This document shows, piece after piece, positions 57,787 to 64,000 of a stretch of DNA of 64,000 bases. The notes under the pieces are model-generated. The model searched no databases and was not told the DNA's origin. It saw only the letters and a list, made by a program, of their open reading frames with translations. Source of the stretch: Nitrospirota bacterium (GTDB lineage: Bacteria; Nitrospirota; Nitrospiria; Nitrospirales; Nitrospiraceae); assembly GCA_963701855.1 (NCBI GenBank), contig CAVPBK010000006.1, positions 576,001 to 640,000 of the forward strand. The letters run 5' to 3'. A program made the position numbers and the translations under genes. Numbering within the stretch: position 1 is the first letter of the stretch; every line of letters starts with the position of its first letter.

Positions 57787-58610
57787 CTCGGATCATCCGG
57801 TAAACCCTTTGCTCGTCGGTCATCTCTCAAGTACTTGTCATAGTCGGCAGAGGTGTGGTGATCGGGGATGACTGCAACTGTCGGCATATCAATCACACAT
57901 AGCCGTTCGGCTGAGATAATCTCCATAAACTTGATATCACGGGGCTTTAGTTTCCCTTTGCCAAGTAGCCATTGGCTCCGGCCAACTGCGAAAGCAGCGA
58001 AGTCGGCCAGTTGCAAGAACGGGCATTCATGAGATCGACGAAACTTGATCTGACTCTCTTCAAAGACGTCCGCCCACCAAGGTAGCTTCAATGAGCTGTC
58101 GGCCTTTACCAGACCCTCATCGATAATCACTGGAAGTGGTCTTCTGAAATGCTGCTCGTGCTCGAGCATGAATCGCCGCACTCGAAACAAGAGGAAAAGC
58201 AGTGCGAAATGATCATGCCGACTCATATTTAGAAAGCCGATTCTCTGATCTAGTGTAAATTTGGATCTTATCTCTGATAGGAATGCCGGTGAGCTCGTTT
58301 GAAAGAGTATCGGAAGCTGGAACTGTTCGAATATGGTGGCCATGAGATCCATGAGTTCGAATCTCTGCTCGATTGAGGTATTTTGAAAGGAACCACGCCC
58401 GCTATATATATCCGTGAAGTGAAGTTCGTTTGCCGAATAGTTGCGACGAATTCCCTCGAGAAAGATTTCTATGCCAACTCCCACGTTGGAGGCAGCATCG
58501 TCGGGGACAATGACAGCCGCCCACGACTTCCTGTCGCTGTGCAAGAAATCGGATGGCGACTCGGCACCTGGCGTACCGGCGTCATCAATGTAGATTCCAG
58601 CGGACATCAC
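57777..58610 (-). CDS. DUF3800 (RNase H-like fold) protein on a gene cassette
   Basis: IYIDDAGT, ELHF, IIDEG, LQLADFAAF. Confidence 0.85.
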   Translation of the reverse strand: MMSAGIYIDDAGTPGAESPSDFLHSDRKSWAAVIVPDDAASNVGVGIEIFLEGIRRNYSANELHFTDIYSGRGSFQNTSIEQRFELMDLMATIFEQFQLPILFQTSSPAFLSEIRSKFTLDQRIGFLNMSRHDHFALLFLLFRVRRFMLEHEQHFRRPLPVIIDEGLVKADSSLKLPWWADVFEESQIKFRRSHECPFLQLADFAAFAVGRSQWLLGKGKLKPRDIKFMEIISAERLCVIDMPTVAVIPDHHTSADYDKYLRDDRRAKGLPDDPSAG

Positions 58611-58618
58611 ACCAAGTT

Positions 58619-58690
58619 CGCGGGCTAACTATAATTAGACTGATCCGCATAAGATGCGGATCTCTGTTCTCTGTCCGTATAACACGCCTT
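58619..58690 (-). other. Candidate attI-like site / cassette core site
   Basis: GTCTAATTATAG|TTAGCCCGCG on the minus strand; perfect palindrome GATCCGCAT-AAG-ATGCGGATC at 58642-58662. Confidence 0.5.
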
Positions 58691-58856
58691 GGAATTTCTT
58701 GCCGAAGGCCTGTTAACCCCTCTGCTTTCAATTGTTTACTCCCTGCCGCGGTTTATCGGCATCGAAAACAGAAACGGGGACATTCTGAATTGTTGCGGGA
58801 AGCCGTTCAGATCACGTGACAAGAAAATCAGAATGTCCTCGCTTCTTTCGCCCCGC

Positions 58857-59065
58857 AGGATGCTCACAATGACATCCCAGCATGGCCGCAGGGAGCGACC
58901 AAAATGATCCTTCAAAGCTTGCTTGCTTACTTTATCTCAGTGATGGCCGGATGAGTCCCCCACTGCGCGCGTCCAACGAGGGCCTTCTTAGGCCGCGCGT
59001 TGCGCGAGCACAGGGGACACACCGGGCCATCCCATCCCCTGCTGGGGGACATTTTCAGCATCCTG
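58857..59065. mobile_element. Family B MITE carrying a family A hairpin
   Basis: CAGGATGCTCACAATG...ATTTTCAGCATCCTG abutting the TAG stop at 59066. Confidence 0.78.
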
Positions 59066-59830
59066 CTACGGGCGTCGGTTGGAACCTGTGATGGCCTGTT
59101 TAAACACCGTGCGGAGGCCGAAGTAGGCAACGGAATCTTTGAGGTTGGAGTACAGCCGCTTGAAGGTTCCCATGTCCGGGTTGGTGACGTATTCCATCGT
59201 TAAGGCGATCCGTTCTTCTCCTTCGCCAAGTGGAGTCACCGAATGCCAAAGCTTATCTCCGTTGAAGATGACGAGATCGCCTGGTTGTGTGATCAACTCC
59301 AGATGCCGAGGGACTTTCACAGGATCATCCTTAAACAGTTCGCAGACCAGTTTGCATTGCGTAGACTTATCGACGAGTCCCATCAGAATGGTGTAGCGAG
59401 CCCCTTTGTAGTAGGAGGTGTCATAGTGAAACCCGATATGGTCTCCCGGCTCCGTGTAATAGTAGAGCGCGCAGGAATGGGGATCGTTCTCAGGGCATAG
59501 ACTGAGCTTGGTCCGAACCAGACGGCTCAAGAATTCGATGAAGGCCCCGGATCGATACAGATCGAGAAAGCGCGGGGCCTTCTCCATCACCGTGTAGTAG
59601 CTCACACTCCCACCCTTCTTATGGCCGGGAATGTAATTGCGATTCAGCAGGCTCTTCACCCCCTGCGCTTGAGGAACGAGGTGTTCTTCCACCACCGACC
59701 GGGGAAGAAACTGTGGAATAAACAAGAACTCGTTCTGGTCCCAATACTCACGCGAGACTCGATCGAGATCCAACCGCTTGACTGCTTCATCCACCGTTTC
59801 AACGAAAGAACCGACCATTGACTGATTCAT
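59066..59830 (-). CDS. 2OG-Fe(II) oxygenase
   Basis: HYD...H facial triad (FHYDT, LWHSVT) and RIAL. Confidence 0.85.
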   Translation of the reverse strand: MNQSMVGSFVETVDEAVKRLDLDRVSREYWDQNEFLFIPQFLPRSVVEEHLVPQAQGVKSLLNRNYIPGHKKGGSVSYYTVMEKAPRFLDLYRSGAFIEFLSRLVRTKLSLCPENDPHSCALYYYTEPGDHIGFHYDTSYYKGARYTILMGLVDKSTQCKLVCELFKDDPVKVPRHLELITQPGDLVIFNGDKLWHSVTPLGEGEERIALTMEYVTNPDMGTFKRLYSNLKDSVAYFGLRTVFKQAITGSNRRP

Positions 59831-59999
59831 AGACTCACCCTTCCCTCAATCGCCCACTAGGCTGCTGAAAAAGCCCGTCAGCTCGTCTTGTTCATTTGGT
59901 TCATCTGGTTTGTCTGGTTTTTTGGTGGGACGAAACTAACCAGATGAACCAGATAAACAAAACGAACCAGATCAACCCTCCCGCATCCCGCGTCCACAA

Positions 60000-60734
60000 T
60001 CACTGCGGAGCACTGAACACCGGAGCCTTCACCACTTCCACACCGTCCGGCAACTTCAGAGTGAAGAGCGGGTCGCCGAGACCCGTATTGGGTTGAAGCG
60101 ACGAAAACTCAAAACTCGCGACATTGCCACTGATTTCGTAGAGGGAGATCGTCCGAATAAAATAGGTTTTCGGAAACACTTCGAGCACGATCCGTTGTAA
60201 GGATTTCCCCGCTTCACCTTCATGCGACTTCGGCAGGAGAGTGAGGAGCCGGATTCCTCCCACGCCACGTCCCTTCCCCGGCGTCGGCTCAATGTCGAAC
60301 GACTCATCCAGTTTGGCTGCCCCCAGCAACAGCTCCAACGGAGCCTTGGAGGCCGCCATTTGCGTGAGCTTTCCGACCAACACTTGTTTGTGCTCCGGCA
60401 CATACACCTTCACATCGTCCCGATTGACATAGATATCCTCGACTGAAGGATCGAGATAATTCCACCGTAACCGGCCAGGTTTTTTGATATAGACCTTCCC
60501 TGAGGACATGATCGGCCGCTCGAACCCCTCGATCGTGGTCTTCTGCGTAAAATCTGCCTGGAGATCTTTCGTTTTCTCATACCGAGCCTGGAGCTGCTTG
60601 ACCACCTCTCGCACTTCCGTCAAGGCATTCTCATCGAACTCTTCAGCGCCGGCAAGAGTCGGCAATGGGAATAGGCTCAACGCACACACGAGCACGCCTC
60701 CTACACAACTTCTCCAATTCAATTTCTTCATCAT
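60000..60734 (-). CDS. lolA: Outer-membrane lipoprotein chaperone LolA
   Basis: LQADFTQ, SGKVYIKKPGRLRWNY; directly downstream of ftsK. Confidence 0.88.
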   Translation of the reverse strand: MMKKLNWRSCVGGVLVCALSLFPLPTLAGAEEFDENALTEVREVVKQLQARYEKTKDLQADFTQKTTIEGFERPIMSSGKVYIKKPGRLRWNYLDPSVEDIYVNRDDVKVYVPEHKQVLVGKLTQMAASKAPLELLLGAAKLDESFDIEPTPGKGRGVGGIRLLTLLPKSHEGEAGKSLQRIVLEVFPKTYFIRTISLYEISGNVASFEFSSLQPNTGLGDPLFTLKLPDGVEVVKAPVFSAPQ

Positions 60735-60744
60735 ACCAATCGCA

Positions 60745-60929
60745 AGGGGAATGGCCAAGGCTGCTCTTTACTGCGCACATCGAAGGAGCACTATAATATT
60801 GCTCCTTCCAAGCTTGCTCGTTATCTCTTCAGGGATGGGGCCTGATTGATCTTCCACTGTGCGCGTCCAACGAGGGCCTTCTCAGGCCGCGCGTTGCGCG
60901 AGCACAGAAGATCATCAGGCTCCATCCCC
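60745..60929 (+). repeat. Structured hairpin repeat family A (two cores)
   Basis: Fills the ftsK-lolA intergenic space. Confidence 0.85.
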
Positions 60930-63344
60930 TCATACCCCTTCCTCTGCCCCCACCGGCCCTCGCCGCCCAACCACCTCTCTCCGCCCATCGCGACCAGCCG
61001 CGCCCACGAGGCCATCCGCCTCCATTTGCTCGATCATCCGCGCCGCCCTAGGATAGCCCACCCGCAGCCGGCGCTGAATCAGCGATGCAGAGGCTGAACC
61101 GGTAGATAGGACCAACTCTTTGGCTTGCTCGTAGACTTCGCCCAATCCTTCTTCCTCTTTCGCCCCTTCCTGTTTCAGCGCGATCTGCAACTCCTGATTG
61201 TAGGCAGGCTTGGCTTGATCCTTCACGAACTCGACCACGCGGCGGACATCGTCATCCGACACAAACGACCCGTGCAACCGCATGACTCGTCCGGTCCCCG
61301 AAGCCATATAGAGCATGTCCCCACGGCCAAGAAGCGCCTCCGCGCCGTTCGCGTCCAGGATGGTGCGGGAATCGGTCTTCGACGACACTTGGAACGCAAT
61401 GCGGGCCGGAAAGTTCGCCTTGATCAAACCGGTCAGCACGTCGACCGACGGGCGCTGCGTCGCCAGCACGAGATGGATGCCCGATGCGCGGGCCATCTGC
61501 GCCAAACGCGCAATCTTGTCTTCCACTTCCTTCGGCGCCACCATCATCAAATCCGCCAATTCATCGATCATCACGACAATATACGGCAAGGGTTCAGGCG
61601 GAGTCGGCGGCGGTGTGAATGATCCGGGGCTGCCATCCGGAAGCGCGGTCTCTCCGGCAGAGAGCCGGTCCTCTTCAGACAGAAACTGGATGGGCAATTC
61701 CGGCTGGTCCAACTTGGCTGCCGATTCCGTATCCAGTACACCCTGCTTCCCGGCGACTTTTCGATTATATGTATCGATGTTTCGCACCCCTGCCTCAGCC
61801 AGCAACTTGTAGCGCCGTTCCATTTCAGCGACGACCCAACCGAGCCCCCGCGCCGCCGACTTGGGGTCAGTGATGACCGGCCGTAACAGGTGAGGAATGC
61901 CGTCGTACGTTTGAAATTCGAGCATCTTGGGGTCGATCAAAAGTAGCTTAACCTCATCGGGTCGAGCCGAAAACAGCAGGCTCAGGAGCATCGTATTGAG
62001 ACTCACACTTTTCCCTGCCCCCGTAGCGCCGGCGACCAGCAAGTGCGGCATCGTTTTCAGATCGGCGACCATGGGGGTTCCAAAAATGTCTTTCCCTAAG
62101 GCCAAGCTGAGCTTTGATCTGGCGCGTGAAAATGCGTCGCTCGTCACCACTTCCTTCATCGACACTGTCTCGCGATAGAGATTCGGCACCTCGATCCCTA
62201 CCACAGATTTTCCCGGAATCGGCGCGACGATCCGGAGGCTGATCGCCTTCAGTGCCAACGCCAGATCGTCGGCGAGGTTCACAATGCGCGCGACTTTGGT
62301 CCCCGGCCCCGGCTCGAACTCGTACATCGTCACGACTGGTCCGGGGCGAACTTCTGTTACCTTTCCCGCGATGCCGAAACTGAGCAGGGCGCGGGTCAGT
62401 ACATCGGATTGCGCCTTGATTTCTTCTTCCGTGACACGCCCTAGGGGGCCTGACGGTTCGCTCAAGAGCACGGCCGGATCCGGCAAGATATAGTCTCCCG
62501 CCTTCGCTTGGGCGACTACGGCCTGTTGGTCAGACTCGGTTTCAGTCGGCTCAGCCGGCTCGGGAGTCGGTCGTCGTGATGGTTGAATGACCGGCCAATC
62601 CAATTCCGGCTCCGCGACCGCCTCAGGAAGCGCCTCCTCAATCACCGCACGAATGGCTGTAACCGATTTCTGTTTGGCCTTCCTTGGAGACTCAGAAACC
62701 GCTTCTTCCACCGGCCGATCCGGGATCAAGGTACGCGCCCTGTTGAACATCCAATTGCCTAACCCGGGAAGCCGCCGAGCAATCTCCAACAGAGAGATGG
62801 GCGCCGTGAAAAGGAGCGAAACCAGTAGTCCCGCCACGATCAGAATGTGGGCGCCGGTACTCGCAAAGTAAGCCCGTAAACTTTCAGCCAATACTTGTCC
62901 GAAAAATCCTCCCGCCATCCCTCGGTAAATAAGACCGCTAGAAACCGTCGGCACCGCCATGATTTCGAGATGGAACAAGCTGCTGAGAAACAGCAATGCC
63001 GCCAGGGAGGCGCCGGCATTCCGCAGACGGATCGATAGGTCGCTCTGAGTAAAACAGCGGACACCCATGAGACCGAGGAGAATAGGAAACAGGTAGGCGG
63101 CCCCGCCGATCGACCAGAATAAGGTAGATGCGAAGAACGCGCCGGCCGACCCAATGAGGTTTCTGGGCGGAGGCGTAGCAGTTGCCCCAGCCTTGACCTC
63201 CCCTGGAACAAAGGACAGCAGGCTGAGCAGCGTCAAGAGCGCCAACGCGATCAGGACGACTCCGATCACTTCTCGTTTGATGTGTGAAGGGGAGGAAGCG
63301 GCGCCGCGGGGCTCACCCCGCTTGGCCGAAGTGGTGACAGCCAT
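60930..63344 (-). CDS. ftsK: DNA translocase FtsK
   Basis: 4TM N-terminus, GATGAGKS, IDELADLM, ATQRPS, gamma domain SASLIQRRLRVGYPRAAR. Confidence 0.96.
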   Translation of the reverse strand: MAVTTSAKRGEPRGAASSPSHIKREVIGVVLIALALLTLLSLLSFVPGEVKAGATATPPPRNLIGSAGAFFASTLFWSIGGAAYLFPILLGLMGVRCFTQSDLSIRLRNAGASLAALLFLSSLFHLEIMAVPTVSSGLIYRGMAGGFFGQVLAESLRAYFASTGAHILIVAGLLVSLLFTAPISLLEIARRLPGLGNWMFNRARTLIPDRPVEEAVSESPRKAKQKSVTAIRAVIEEALPEAVAEPELDWPVIQPSRRPTPEPAEPTETESDQQAVVAQAKAGDYILPDPAVLLSEPSGPLGRVTEEEIKAQSDVLTRALLSFGIAGKVTEVRPGPVVTMYEFEPGPGTKVARIVNLADDLALALKAISLRIVAPIPGKSVVGIEVPNLYRETVSMKEVVTSDAFSRARSKLSLALGKDIFGTPMVADLKTMPHLLVAGATGAGKSVSLNTMLLSLLFSARPDEVKLLLIDPKMLEFQTYDGIPHLLRPVITDPKSAARGLGWVVAEMERRYKLLAEAGVRNIDTYNRKVAGKQGVLDTESAAKLDQPELPIQFLSEEDRLSAGETALPDGSPGSFTPPPTPPEPLPYIVVMIDELADLMMVAPKEVEDKIARLAQMARASGIHLVLATQRPSVDVLTGLIKANFPARIAFQVSSKTDSRTILDANGAEALLGRGDMLYMASGTGRVMRLHGSFVSDDDVRRVVEFVKDQAKPAYNQELQIALKQEGAKEEEGLGEVYEQAKELVLSTGSASASLIQRRLRVGYPRAARMIEQMEADGLVGAAGRDGRREVVGRRGPVGAEEGV

Positions 63345-63387
63345 GCGCGCGATGCTAGCACAGGGAATCGGTCATTTCAAACGAGAG

Positions 63388-63640
63388 GAGGGGATGGAGC
63401 CTGATGATCCTCAGTGCTCGCGCAACGCGCGGTCGCGGACTCCCCTCGCCTGGGCTAATGGCACGTCCCGGGAAATCGATTGCGAAGCAATCGGAGGGTA
63501 GGGCGGGTGAGAAAGTTACGCGCAGTGGAAGATCAGTCAGCCCCCATCCCTGGAGATAACGAGCGAGCTTGGAGGGATCATTTATATGGATGGTGGTCGC
63601 TCTACGTGCGCAGTGGGGGGCACATCCAGACCATCTCCTA
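63388..63640 (-). repeat. Structured hairpin repeat family A (compound)
   Basis: GGGATGGAGCCTGATGATC..TGCTCGCGCAACGCGCGG ... GCGCAGTGGAAGATCAGTCAGCCCCCATCCC. Confidence 0.8.
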
Positions 63641-63699
63641 AAGACGGTGGAGGGAGAGTGGAAGAGCGGGCAGGCGCTGCCATATACCCTCGCACCTCG

Positions 63700-64000
63700 T
63701 CAAACGTGCGTAAGAGCGAGTCGGAGAAAGTCCTCGACCGACAACGTCTCTGCCCGGCGAGTCGGAGTAATTTCCAATCGCTTCAATCTCTCGACGACAG
63801 ATGAAAGTTCATACCCTTCGTCTCGCAGGGAATTAACCAGCGTTTTCCTTCGATGCGCAAAAGCCGCTTTCACGAGCGCGCGGAATGCGGCCTCTTCCTG
63901 CGAACTGAGCTTCGCACGCTCTTTCGTGCGCAACAGCACTACCGCCGAGGCCACCTCTGGTCTGGGGCGGAAACACTGGGCTGAGACACGAAACGATTTG
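63700..64000 (-). CDS. rsmA: 16S rRNA m6,2A dimethyltransferase RsmA/KsgA, 3' part
   Basis: CFRPRPEVASAVV...AFAHRRKTLVNSL...RRAETLS. Confidence 0.9.
   Translation of the reverse strand, partial: KSFRVSAQCFRPRPEVASAVVLLRTKERAKLSSQEEAAFRALVKAAFAHRRKTLVNSLRDEGYELSSVVERLKRLEITPTRRAETLSVEDFLRLALTHV

Overview
64 kb of a GC-rich bacterial chromosome. Gene content and intergenic repeat families suggest Nitrospira (Nitrospirota); this is an inference, as no marker RNA gene is in the window. Housekeeping-type genes: cstA (partial), a TetR-RND efflux operon, ispA-hpnA, ilvA, mpg, a deoxyhypusine-synthase-family gene, a nikR/TonB-receptor operon, an HtrA protease, copA, a DsbA-family gene, lolA, ftsK and rsmA (partial). 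A six-gene operon at 6076-11947 resembles 2-aminoethylphosphonate-lipid synthesis, but no PEP mutase is in the window. There are six single-domain PilZ genes, four of them in tandem. Accessory material includes a mazEF-type module between two copies of the cstA 5' end, a 575-aa PD-(D/E)xK-like nuclease gene split cleanly by an IS3 element, a decayed islet at about 38.9-42.2 kb, and an integrase-less integron-like remnant at 57.3-58.7 kb (candidate attI, DUF3800 cassette, half attC, truncated toxin-like gene and intact partner). Smaller signals: an Ile-rich leader peptide plus terminator before ilvA, a bacterial C4HC3 (PHD-like) zinc finger, a His-less histidine kinase, and a candidate NikR operator. 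Intergenic DNA carries several repeat families, including a covarying hairpin with the conserved core ACTGCGCGCRTC...GCGAGCA. No rRNA, tRNA or CRISPR array was seen.
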